Source: an uncultured Thermoplasmata archaeon (GTDB lineage: Archaea; Thermoplasmatota; DTKX01; GCA-020343715). From it: DNA of 64,000 nucleotides. Positions within the stretch are counted from its first letter, which is position 1; each line of letters opens with the position of its first letter. Both the position numbers and the translations under genes were made by a program. Shown here one piece after another: positions 8,110 through 16,929 of this stretch. Under the pieces are notes generated by a model, which ran no database searches, had not been told where the DNA came from, and saw nothing but the letters and a program-made list of their open reading frames with translations. The DNA is taken from positions 9,482 through 73,481 of the forward strand of contig CAYGVT010000023.1 of NCBI GenBank assembly GCA_964353355.1, in the 5' to 3' direction.

Positions 8110-11100
8110 CACTCCTCGTACTTGTGCTTGAGCTCCCTGTAGGTATCCTCGGATATCCGTCCCTCGAGGAGCAGGTTCTCCAGCTGCGTCAGCTTCTTGG
8201 TGCTTTCCTCCTCTGGAGTCGTCGCGGTCGCGGCCTCCCCGGGGCCCCTGCTCTCCCGCATGAAGGTGCCCACGTTGGTCCTGTCGGAGTTGTACCAATG
8301 GCCCTTGATCCTGACCACTGGTGCGCCGTCCGGGAGCTCGCCCCCCTCGCCATCGACGATGGTCCTGGCGAGCTCGGCGATGTCCCACCCGCTCAGCGAC
8401 GTGGGCAGCCCCTGGGGAAGCTGGGTCAGGGCCCTCATCACCTCACGGACCTCCCGCGTCCGCTCGCGGTCGGCCTCCTCCTCCTCGGTGAGCGGAGCGG
8501 CGGGTCCGGCCACCGGCGGGGCTGGCGCCGCCGCGGGGGCGACCGACGCCTCGGAGGCGCGCTGCGCCTCGAGCTGGGCCACCACGTTGGACAGGCTGAC
8601 GTTGAGGCGCGCCAGGTCGCCCTCCATCGCGATGGGCCTCGCGGGGGTGCCCGCGGGGCCCCCCGCCGAGGACGGCACGGCGGGCGCGAGCGGGACGACC
8701 ACCGCCTCCTCCTCCCCCTCGGCCTCCTCCACCCATTCCTCCCGGGGCTTCCTCCGGGACCTGCCGATGACTACGACGGCCACCACGACCCCGATGATGG
8801 CCAGGACGACCACCGCCAAGGCGATGCCCGCCGACCCCGTGAGGAAGGACGGCTCCTCGGGAGGTGGCGGCGGAGGCACGTACCTCTCCAGCACCGTAAG
8901 GTCGAACCAGGCGGAGACCGCGTACTGGCCATCGCTGACGGTGACCGTCACGAGGTGCGACCCCACCGCGAGCGCGTCCGTCGTGAAACTGAGCGAGGAC
9001 GGGGTGGTGAGCTCCCTCAGCGTCCCGGAGACGTTGGATGTCCATGTCGCGCGGAGCACCTGGCCGAACTCTGCGTCGGGGTCGTAGACACCGATGGCGA
9101 AGGTGACGTTCGTCCCCTCCTCGACGATGGTGTGGTTGGCGGGCTCCGTGACGGACAGCATGCTCGGCGGGTCATTGACGTTCTCGACGCGGGCCTCGAG
9201 CAGGAGCGTCGCCACGCCGCCGTTCTGGTCGTCGACGGAGACGGTGGCGGTGAAGTTGCCGACCTCCTTGAAGGGGGCCGTCACCCTGACGGAGCCGTTC
9301 TGGAAGACCGACACACCGTCCCAGGAGCCCGCTGCGAGCCCGTACCTGAACACGGTGCTCTCCTCGTCCGTCACGTCCAGCTGGAACCACCTCTCCTCGT
9401 CCTCGTTCATGACGATGAGCACCGGCGATGGCATGCCGATGAGCCCCGCGACGACGGGTGGGTCGTTGACCTCCTCCACCTGCACCTCGAAGCCCCCCTC
9501 CGTCCTCAGCAGCCCGTCGCTCGCGTTGAAGAAGACCGTGTGCTCGGGCATCCATCGGGTGTAGAGCAGCGTGAGGTTCATGCCCTCGACCCTGACGACG
9601 TGCGGGTCGTCGCACGAGAGGGTCAGCTGCTCGAACGGCGTGTCCTCATCCTCGATGTAGGGGCCGAGGTCGATGGTCTTCTGCTCGTTCTCCACGAAGA
9701 GCTTGGGAGAGACCCCGTGCACGATGGGCGGGTCGTTCCTCTCCTCCACCGTGACCGTGAGCGTCGCGTACGCGCGGCCGTGCGCGTCGGCGACCTCGAT
9801 GGGGACCGTCACGCTGAAGCCGCCGAGCCGGAAGAGGAACCGGAGCTCCTGGCCCTGCACGGTGCAGTTCCTCTCGCGCACCAGGACGCGCAGCTCCTCG
9901 ACGGGCGTGTCGATGTCGTGGAGGAAGGGGGTGAGGTTGAGCACGCTCGTCATGTCCTCGATGGCCGTGAACGGCTCGAGCGGGTCGATGGTGGGCAGGT
10001 CGTCCACGGGCGTGACGGTGAAGTGCATCGAGGCGGGCGTGCGGAGGAGGCCGTCGGTGACGTTGATGTGCACCGTGTGCTCGAGCATGCCCTCGGGGAA
10101 CAGGACGGTGAGCTCGAGCCCCCGGGCCGTCGCGTAGGGGTCGGAGACATCGATGCTCAGCTCGGAGGTGTCGTTGTCGTGGTCCACGATGTTGGCGGTG
10201 AGGTTGATGGTCCTCGGCTCGTCCTCGACGGCCGTCCACTCGACGGGGATGGTGCACTGCGGGGCGTCGTTGACGGGGTCCACGGTGAAGTTCACCACCC
10301 CGAGCGAGTCCATGGAGCCGTCGGTCAGACTGAGCCCCACGCTCGCCGCCAGCACCCCGTTCGGGAAGGTGAAGGTCACGTTGAGCTTGTCGATGGCGGC
10401 CACGAAGGGCGAGGTCGAGGTGATGCTCAGGTCGTCGATGGGGGTGTCGGGGTCCGTGACGTTGTCGCGGAACGAGACGTTCAGCGGCACGTCCTCCACG
10501 GCGTGCAGCGTGCTCAGCGCGAGCCATGCGGGCGGAAGCCCGAGGCTGACGGAGATGACGAAGGCGTCGATGCCCCCGTTGTGGCTGGTGTCGTAGGAGC
10601 CGGTCTTCGTGGGGAAGGACGGGCTGTAGGTGTACCCACAGATGACCACGCCCGTCGCCCCGCGGAGGGCTATCGCCGCCCCTTGCTCCATCTGGGTGCC
10701 GCCGAGGTAGGTCGAGAAGAGCAGGGCGCTGCCATCCTTCGCGATCTTGGCGTAGATGGCGTCGTTGTCGCCTGCCCATTGCTTGTACAGCGCGTTGGCG
10801 GTGACCGGGTAGTCGTCGCTCATCGACCTGCCGGTGATGTGCGCGTAACCCGCCACGTCGATGGCGATGCCCATCGCCATATCCTCGTCGGAGCCCCCGA
10901 TGTAGGTCGAGTACCGGAGCGCCGTCAGGTCGGCATCGAGCTTGCACACGAAGATGTCGCGACTGCCGCCGAGGGTGTTGTCGAGCGCGTTGAGCATCGG
11001 GAAGTTGTTGCTCTGCGTGTGCCCGCACACGTAGGGCTCACCCTCCGTGTCGATGGTCATCGAGAAGGGCTGGTCATCGGAGGAGCCGCCGATGTAGGTC

Positions 11101-12701
11101 GCGTGCAGCAGGGAGGCGCCGTCGGCGGAGAGCTCGGCGACGTATACGTCGAGGCCGCCGTTGGGCGAGCGGTCGTAGGCGTCCGCGCTCGCGGTGATCC
11201 CGCTCTGGGTCTGGCCGGTCAAGTAGACGTCCCCGCCCGCGGTCACGACCATGCTCTCCGCCGCGTCCATCCCGGCGCCGCCGAGGTGGGTGGCCCACAT
11301 GAGCTTGTAGTCGCTGGCGTTGAACTTCGTGAGGAACGCGTCATAGTTGCCGCCGAAGGTCTGCTGGTAGGTCCCGGCGGTCGAGGGAATGCCATCCCAT
11401 GTCGTCCCTGACAAGTAGACGTCGCCCGCGGCGTCCTGTCCCACCCTCCAGCCGCGGTCGCGCCCGCTCCCGCCGAAGTAGGTCGAGAAGACCAGGTCGT
11501 CCCCGGCGGCGTTGACCTTCAGCAGGTAGGCCTCGTGGTCGCCGTTGGCCGTGGGGTCGTTGGCGTTCTTGGTCGGGAAGTCCGTGCTCAGGGTCTCCCC
11601 CGCCATGAGGACCTCGCCCGAGCCCAGGAGGAACATCCCCATCTGCCAGTCATCGCCCGAGCCCCCGATGAAGGTCGAGGAGAGCAGGTCCGAGCCGTCC
11701 GGTTTGAGCTTGAGCAGGAACGCGTCGGCGTCGCCATTCCATGTGCTGTCGTAGGCACCAGGCATTATCGGGAACCCGGAGCTGGATGTGTAGCCCACCA
11801 CGTAGACGTTCCCGGCCGAGTCCACTCTCAGGTCCCTCCCCAACTCATCTTCCGACGAGCCCACGAAGGTCCCGAAATTGAGGCTCGGGTCTATCGTGAG
11901 CGGGAGGGTGGGGTCGCGGCCCCGCACGTGGAACCCGACGCGGTCGCCGTCGAGGGCCGCGAAGCCGCACCCGACGGCATCGCGGCCGGCGCGCCCCTCC
12001 TGGAACGCGACGGGGGCCGAGTCCCTGACCTCGCCCGCAGCGGTCCGGAGCACGAGGTCGCCGGTGAGGGGGTCGACGCACAGGCCATCGACGCCATCGA
12101 AGGCGAAGCGCACCGCGTCGGGGTCGGCGCGGGGCGCGACGAGGATATCGTACTTGAGCCGTCCGCCCATCAGCGTGAACGCTATGTCGATGCCGTCGTA
12201 GGGCTCGTAGTAGACGACGCTCCTGAAGTCGGGAGCCCCATGGACCCAAGACGCCGGGTCGTCCCCGAGCAGGAAGCTGGTGCGGTGTCCCAGCGGACCC
12301 GAGCCCGACGGGGCGACGGACCGCGCGCCGTCGAAGGACATGGTATAAACCGCGCGCGGGTCGCCAGGCGACGCCCCGCCGACGGAGTAGGTGACGCCCT
12401 TGGCATCGAATCGCGCGCACATGCCGGAGCCCATGGCGCAGTAGACGGCTCCCCCCTCCTCGGCCGGTCCCGCGACCTCGATGAGATGGGATGTCAGGGA
12501 GCCGAGCGCGGCGCCGTCCAGCGCGGGCAGGGCGGGGGCCGGGGTGTCTCCAGGCACCGCGCCCGTGTCGATGTATGTAAGGCCATCGGGGTCAAGGTGC
12601 AATGCCATCGGGGCCCACGGCGCCATCAAGACAGAGGCCGTGACCAGGAGCAGAGCCCTATAAGTCCACACTTGTACACCCCAGACGACTGGCCATGACA
12701 T
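8109..12701 (-). CDS. giant surface protein B (paralog of A) with an additional ~218-aa cytoplasmic tail ending in a SHOCT-like motif
   Basis: 1,530-aa ORF. Signal-like N-terminus (YRALLLVTASVLMAPWAPMA), SBBP-type repeats, five ~95-aa repeats ending V(N/D)D(P/A/L)P, and a TM helix (GIALAVVVLAIIGVVVAVVVIG). The tail ends KKLTQLENLLLEGRISEDTYRELKHKYEE. Alternative GTG start at 12671. Confidence 0.85.
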   Translation of the reverse strand: MSWPVVWGVQVWTYRALLLVTASVLMAPWAPMALHLDPDGLTYIDTGAVPGDTPAPALPALDGAALGSLTSHLIEVAGPAEEGGAVYCAMGSGMCARFDAKGVTYSVGGASPGDPRAVYTMSFDGARSVAPSGSGPLGHRTSFLLGDDPASWVHGAPDFRSVVYYEPYDGIDIAFTLMGGRLKYDILVAPRADPDAVRFAFDGVDGLCVDPLTGDLVLRTAAGEVRDSAPVAFQEGRAGRDAVGCGFAALDGDRVGFHVRGRDPTLPLTIDPSLNFGTFVGSSEDELGRDLRVDSAGNVYVVGYTSSSGFPIMPGAYDSTWNGDADAFLLKLKPDGSDLLSSTFIGGSGDDWQMGMFLLGSGEVLMAGETLSTDFPTKNANDPTANGDHEAYLLKVNAAGDDLVFSTYFGGSGRDRGWRVGQDAAGDVYLSGTTWDGIPSTAGTYQQTFGGNYDAFLTKFNASDYKLMWATHLGGAGMDAAESMVVTAGGDVYLTGQTQSGITASADAYDRSPNGGLDVYVAELSADGASLLHATYIGGSSDDQPFSMTIDTEGEPYVCGHTQSNNFPMLNALDNTLGGSRDIFVCKLDADLTALRYSTYIGGSDEDMAMGIAIDVAGYAHITGRSMSDDYPVTANALYKQWAGDNDAIYAKIAKDGSALLFSTYLGGTQMEQGAAIALRGATGVVICGYTYSPSFPTKTGSYDTSHNGGIDAFVISVSLGLPPAWLALSTLHAVEDVPLNVSFRDNVTDPDTPIDDLSITSTSPFVAAIDKLNVTFTFPNGVLAASVGLSLTDGSMDSLGVVNFTVDPVNDAPQCTIPVEWTAVEDEPRTINLTANIVDHDNDTSELSIDVSDPYATARGLELTVLFPEGMLEHTVHINVTDGLLRTPASMHFTVTPVDDLPTIDPLEPFTAIEDMTSVLNLTPFLHDIDTPVEELRVLVRERNCTVQGQELRFLFRLGGFSVTVPIEVADAHGRAYATLTVTVEERNDPPIVHGVSPKLFVENEQKTIDLGPYIEDEDTPFEQLTLSCDDPHVVRVEGMNLTLLYTRWMPEHTVFFNASDGLLRTEGGFEVQVEEVNDPPVVAGLIGMPSPVLIVMNEDEERWFQLDVTDEESTVFRYGLAAGSWDGVSVFQNGSVRVTAPFKEVGNFTATVSVDDQNGGVATLLLEARVENVNDPPSMLSVTEPANHTIVEEGTNVTFAIGVYDPDAEFGQVLRATWTSNVSGTLRELTTPSSLSFTTDALAVGSHLVTVTVSDGQYAVSAWFDLTVLERYVPPPPPPEEPSFLTGSAGIALAVVVLAIIGVVVAVVVIGRSRRKPREEWVEEAEGEEEAVVVPLAPAVPSSAGGPAGTPARPIAMEGDLARLNVSLSNVVAQLEAQRASEASVAPAAAPAPPVAGPAAPLTEEEEADRERTREVREVMRALTQLPQGLPTSLSGWDIAELARTIVDGEGGELPDGAPVVRIKGHWYNSDRTNVGTFMRESRGPGEAATATTPEEESTKKLTQLENLLLEGRISEDTYRELKHKYEE

Positions 12702-12710
12702 TGGCCGAGG

Positions 12711-12726
12711 GTATTATTATCCTTTC
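12711..12726 (-). promoter_or_regulatory. BRE/TATA-like box upstream of giant gene B
   Basis: The minus strand reads gaaaggataataatac. It lies only ~10 nt from ATG 12701, which argues that the true start may be the in-frame GTG at 12671. Confidence 0.35.
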
Positions 12727-12905
12727 TGAGTGCGTTAGGCCTGGAGGCGGGAGCGCGCGAACGTGGAAATCGTCGTTTGGGACGATGGGTCCCAGCCCGA
12801 TGGAGATGCGACGCCATCCGCGCGGTCGTCGACCGCTCCCGGCATATCGGGCGGGGCAGGCCAGGGGGGTGGGCGCGGCGCGCCGGGTTGCGAGGGACGG
12901 GGGCG

Positions 12906-14153
12906 CTAGAGCTTGTGGAGCAGGAGCGACGCTACCGCTGCGATGCCCTTGGTGGGGCGCGGCGCCCTGCTTGCGATGAAGGACACGACCGCCTCATGGT
13001 GCATGTTGATGTAGGCGCCGATGAGGATGGTGAGCACCGAGGCGACGACTATGACGGGGTACAGGAAGTCGGATGTGACCCCCGTCGCGTGCCCCTGCCT
13101 GGCGATGATGTAGGAGAACTCCCCCATCGCCACCATCGCGAGCCCCACCCTGAGAGCGGTCCTCCTGTCCACGCCGAAGATGCGCCCCCCGAGGTACGCG
13201 AGGGCCGGCTTCGCGGCGACGAACGCCACGGCGATGACCGTGATGGGCAGCCAATGCTCGACGACGACGCTCGGGTCGACCAGCATCCCGATGCTGACGA
13301 AGAAGATGGCCGAGAACGCGTCCTTGACGGGCCACACCTCCTTCTCGAACCGCGCCCTGTCGGGGCACCCGCCCAGGACGGCCCCGGCGACGAAGGCGCC
13401 TATCGCCATCGAGAACCCGACGAGGTGGGCGAGGAGCGCGAAGCCGAAGCAGAGCCCCAGCGCCGTGAGGAGGTAGACCTCCCGGGACCCTGACGACGAG
13501 GCATGTGCCGCCAGCCGGGGCGCGACCAGGTAGGCGCAGGCGATGAAGAGGCCGACGAAGACCGCGATGTTGGCGAGCGTGATGGCCAGGCCCAGGAGCC
13601 TGAGCTCGCCCGTGACGGCGATGCCGGTCATGGTCGTGAGGAGGAACACCGCCACGAGGTCCTCGATGACGAGGATCCCCGCGACTATCTGGCTTCCCCT
13701 CTCGCCCTGGGCGCGCCTCTCCAGGATGCCCTTGGTCACGACCGCGGTGCTGCTCATGGCGACCATCGCGCCGAGGAAGAGCGAGTCCATCCGGGACCAG
13801 CCGAAGGCCAGCCCGGTGGCGAGGCCGATGACGATCATCCCGGCGATGGCGAACACGCCCGTGAAGGAGGAGACGAGCCCGGTGCTCCGCAGCCTCCCGA
13901 GGTTGAAGGTCAGCCCCACGGAGAACATGATGACGACGATGGCGAGCTCGGTCGTGACGTCGATGAGCCGCACTTCCCCGATGGCGAGCATCCGTGGCAC
14001 GTAGGGTCCGATGAGCGCGCCCGCGATGATGTATCCGATGACCATGGGCTGCCGCGTCCTGCGGAAGAGGACGAGGACGAGCGCGACCGCGGCTATCGTG
14101 ACGGGGATGTCTACGAGTAGGGCAGCCTCGGCACCGGCCATCGCACGGGCCAA
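12906..14153 (-). CDS. cation:proton antiporter (CPA2 / Kef-type Na+(K+)/H+ exchanger family)
   Basis: 415-aa polytopic ORF. GYIIAGALIGP and ILVIEDLVAVFLL segments are typical of the Na_H_exchanger family. Confidence 0.85.
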   Translation of the reverse strand: MARAMAGAEAALLVDIPVTIAAVALVLVLFRRTRQPMVIGYIIAGALIGPYVPRMLAIGEVRLIDVTTELAIVVIMFSVGLTFNLGRLRSTGLVSSFTGVFAIAGMIVIGLATGLAFGWSRMDSLFLGAMVAMSSTAVVTKGILERRAQGERGSQIVAGILVIEDLVAVFLLTTMTGIAVTGELRLLGLAITLANIAVFVGLFIACAYLVAPRLAAHASSSGSREVYLLTALGLCFGFALLAHLVGFSMAIGAFVAGAVLGGCPDRARFEKEVWPVKDAFSAIFFVSIGMLVDPSVVVEHWLPITVIAVAFVAAKPALAYLGGRIFGVDRRTALRVGLAMVAMGEFSYIIARQGHATGVTSDFLYPVIVVASVLTILIGAYINMHHEAVVSFIASRAPRPTKGIAAVASLLLHKL

Positions 14154-14347
14154 GGCCGGTGACGGTATATCATACTAGCCACCCCATCCTCACCCGTAAT
14201 TCTCATGGACGGGAGGGAATCATCGCCCTTGGGACGGCCCCGTGCGCTGCATGGCCGCGTCCAGCGGTCCATCGCCGGCGCGCGCCTGGCGCGCGCCTGG
14301 CGCGCGCGGGCCATTGTCATCGCCCGTGGCCCCTCGCGGCTCCGGCC

Positions 14348-15448
14348 CTATCCGTGCTCGTGCCTGTGGTGCGTGTCCGGCCAGTGCGGGTGGTCGTGGA
14401 CGACGCGCTCGTGGGAGTGCTCGTGCGTGTGCGGCTCCGGGGTCCCCGCCGGGTGCTCGTGGCCGTGGTGGAGGTCGCCGTGCACGTGCTCGTGCGCGTG
14501 CACCGTGCCCTCGTGCGCGTGCGCGTGCGAGTGCCGCTCTAGCACGATGAGGGCCGTCCCCGCGGCCATAATCGCGGCGGCGGGCAGCATGGCCCATCCG
14601 AGGTGCTCCCGCAGCACCACGAGCGACACGCCCGCGCCCACGAAGGGCGCCATGCTGAAGAACGCGCCCGTCCTCGACGCGCCCATCGCGCGCAGGGCGC
14701 GCACGAACAGGACCAGGCTCAGGCCGTAGCTCAGCGCGCCCAGGAGCAGCGCGTAGGCCGTCCCGGTCGCGGACGGCACGCCCCCGCCCGCGACCGCGAG
14801 CCCGAGCGCGAGCGAGGCCGACCCCGCGACGAGGCCCTTGACCATCGATATCTGCACGGGGTCGCGGTCCGAGATGCGGCGCGTGAGGTTGTTGTCCACG
14901 CCCCAGCCCACGCCTGCCACCACCAGCAGGGCCGGGCCGGCGAGGCTGAAGGACCCCGACCCGGGGTCCCAGCTCAGCAGCACGCCCCCCGCGGTCATGA
15001 ACGCGAGCGCGGCCCAGAGGCGGGGCCCGGTGTGCTCGGCGAACACGAGGGCCGCGATGAGGGCCGTGGCCACGCCCTCGAGGTTGAGCAGCAGCGACGC
15101 CGTGAAGCCGGTCGTCCTCTCGAGGCCCGCCATGAGGGCGATTGGCGCGATTATCCCACCGGACACGGTCGCGCCCGCGAGCCACGGGACGTCCGCGCGG
15201 CGCAATCGGGCGCCGCTATCGCCGGTGCCGCCCCCCGCACCGCCGTCGCGGCGTGCGGGGCGGGCGGCCAGCATCGCCACCCGCACCACGGCCATGCCCG
15301 CGAAGGCGCCGAGGTACAGCACGCCGGCGAGCGCCACCGGGCCCATCTCGCCCACGAGGAGCTTGGCGAGCGGCGGGCTCGCCCCGAACAGCGCCATCGA
15401 GGCGAGGATGGTGGCCAGCGGGCGGGTCGCGCCGGGGGGTCTGCCCAT
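14348..15448 (-). CDS. DMT/EamA-family transporter with a C-terminal histidine-rich tail
   Basis: About ten hydrophobic helices in two EamA-like halves. The last ~60 aa are HSHAHAHEGTVHAHEHVHGDLHHGHEHPAGTPEPHTHEHSHERVVHDHPHWPDTHHRHEHG. Confidence 0.8.
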   Translation of the reverse strand: MGRPPGATRPLATILASMALFGASPPLAKLLVGEMGPVALAGVLYLGAFAGMAVVRVAMLAARPARRDGGAGGGTGDSGARLRRADVPWLAGATVSGGIIAPIALMAGLERTTGFTASLLLNLEGVATALIAALVFAEHTGPRLWAALAFMTAGGVLLSWDPGSGSFSLAGPALLVVAGVGWGVDNNLTRRISDRDPVQISMVKGLVAGSASLALGLAVAGGGVPSATGTAYALLLGALSYGLSLVLFVRALRAMGASRTGAFFSMAPFVGAGVSLVVLREHLGWAMLPAAAIMAAGTALIVLERHSHAHAHEGTVHAHEHVHGDLHHGHEHPAGTPEPHTHEHSHERVVHDHPHWPDTHHRHEHG

Positions 15449-15619
15449 CGGGGAGCGGCAGCGCTCGCCGTGTTATTCTGCCTTTCCCCGCCGCCCCGCG
15501 GTGGTGGGGAGCTAGGTAGATATAAGTCCGAAGCCCAATCCGAGGCGCCGCCGCCCACTGGGTGGGGGGACCAGCATCCCCAGTGCCCGCAGGGGGCGGA
15601 GGCCGGCAGGGTCGAGGTC

Positions 15620-16786
15620 ATGGTCCGGGTCGTGCACATCACGCCGTTCTACCCCCCGCACGTCGGAGGGCTCGAGAACCATGTCCGCGAGCTCACCGAT
15701 GAGCTCGCGCGGCGCGGTATGGCCATCGAAGTCCTCACCTCCTCCATCGGTGATGGCCCGCGGGCCGGACGCGACGCCCTCCCGCCCAGCGTGCGGCTGT
15801 GCCGCATGCGCTCGTTCGAGCTGGGGAACGACGCAATCTTCCCGTCGCTGCTCAGGAGGTGCATCGGGCGTCTGGGCAACACCGACATCCTCCACATCCA
15901 CGGGCACATGTTCTACAGCACGACGGTGGGCTCGTTGGTCAGCTACCTCAGCGATGTCCCCAGCGTGCTCACGTTCCATGGCGACTTCGACAAGCCCACT
16001 GCCGTTGGCCGGCTCATCAAGCGCATCAGGGCTGCGACGCAGGGGGCGTTCATACTGCGCGCGCTCGAACGCGTCATAGCCCTGACCGCGGACGACCGTG
16101 ACCTGCTCGTCCGGTGGGGCGTCGAGGCCGAGCGCATCACCATAATCCCCAACGGCATCCCCCTCGGGACCTTCCGTCGCGCCACCGAGGATGCGCGGAG
16201 CGACCTCCGGGGGAGGCTCGGCCTGGAAGCGGGCGCGTCGCCCTTCCTCTTCGTCGGCAGGCTCGTGGACCAGAAGGGGGTGCCATACCTCCTCGACGCC
16301 ATCCACCTCGTGGCACGCGAGCACCCTGCGGCCCGGTTCGTCATCGTCGGGGACGGCCCGATGATGGGGCCGTCCATGCGCAGGTGCGCCAAGCTCGGTC
16401 TGGAGCGGAGCGTCACGTTCGCCGGGAGGCTCCCACTCGAGGACCTCGTGACCGCCTACAGCATCGCGACAGCCGTGGTCGCGCCATCGTTGTGGGAGGG
16501 GATGCCCCTCGTGGTGATGGAGGCCAACGCGTGCGGCGCACCGGTCATCGGCTCGGACATACCCGGCATCAGGAGCCTCGTCGATGATGGCAGGACAGGG
16601 CTGCTCGTGCCCCCGCGCCGCCCCGACGAGCTCGCCCGCGCGATCTCCTCGGTCATCGAGGGCCCCGGCAAGGCCCGCCAGATGTCCGCGGCGGCCATCG
16701 ACAGGGCGCGACGGGAGTTCGACCTGACGAGGCAGGTCGACCGGACTGTCGAGGTGTACGAGCGGCTCGCGGGCCCGCTGCGGTGA
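15620..16786 (+). CDS. GT4-family glycosyltransferase
   Basis: MVRVVHITPFYPPHVGGLENHVRELTDEL N-terminus and the EGMPLVVMEANACGAPVIGSD (E-x7-E) motif. The 5' 1 kb of the track ORF (from 14603) is antisense to the DMT gene and is not coding. Confidence 0.85.
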   Translation: MVRVVHITPFYPPHVGGLENHVRELTDELARRGMAIEVLTSSIGDGPRAGRDALPPSVRLCRMRSFELGNDAIFPSLLRRCIGRLGNTDILHIHGHMFYSTTVGSLVSYLSDVPSVLTFHGDFDKPTAVGRLIKRIRAATQGAFILRALERVIALTADDRDLLVRWGVEAERITIIPNGIPLGTFRRATEDARSDLRGRLGLEAGASPFLFVGRLVDQKGVPYLLDAIHLVAREHPAARFVIVGDGPMMGPSMRRCAKLGLERSVTFAGRLPLEDLVTAYSIATAVVAPSLWEGMPLVVMEANACGAPVIGSDIPGIRSLVDDGRTGLLVPPRRPDELARAISSVIEGPGKARQMSAAAIDRARREFDLTRQVDRTVEVYERLAGPLR

Positions 16787-16840
16787 GGGGGCGGCACCGT
16801 GCCCTGGTGGCCGCGGCGGGGCCGCGGTGCCCTTGGCCGC

Positions 16841-16854
16841 AATGTTATTAATCC
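16841..16854 (+). promoter_or_regulatory. TATA-like box
   Basis: aatgttattaatcc is an AT-rich island upstream of the 16864/16888/16930 candidate starts. Confidence 0.35.
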
Positions 16855-16929
16855 AGACGCCGTGTGGCCGTGCCGACATGCCGCGCCATGCGCGGCGTTG
16901 GGCACGGTCCGCGAGGGGTCCGGTCGTCC

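Noticed and set aside
7923-11411. 1,162-aa plus-strand ORF, and similar long ORFs at 11535..12698, 4964..6396, 28934..31117, 60782..63385 and 40398..41867, lying antisense to or out of frame with the giant genes
   Set aside because: Their translations are Arg/Gly/Asp/His-rich with no motifs, and they mirror well-supported genes on the other strand. In very GC-rich DNA, stop codons are rare in all frames, so these are expected artefacts.
14603-15619. N-terminal 339 aa of the 727-aa track ORF. The same kind of 5' extension occurs at 16827..18113, 20689..21177, 41980..43056, 48556..49416 and 8110..8388
   Set aside because: The extensions are low-complexity R/G/P/H-rich. They overlap or run antisense to confirmed genes and precede obvious native N-termini (MVRVVHITPFYPP, VAVIVNWN, signal peptides). 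They are open only because stops are rare.
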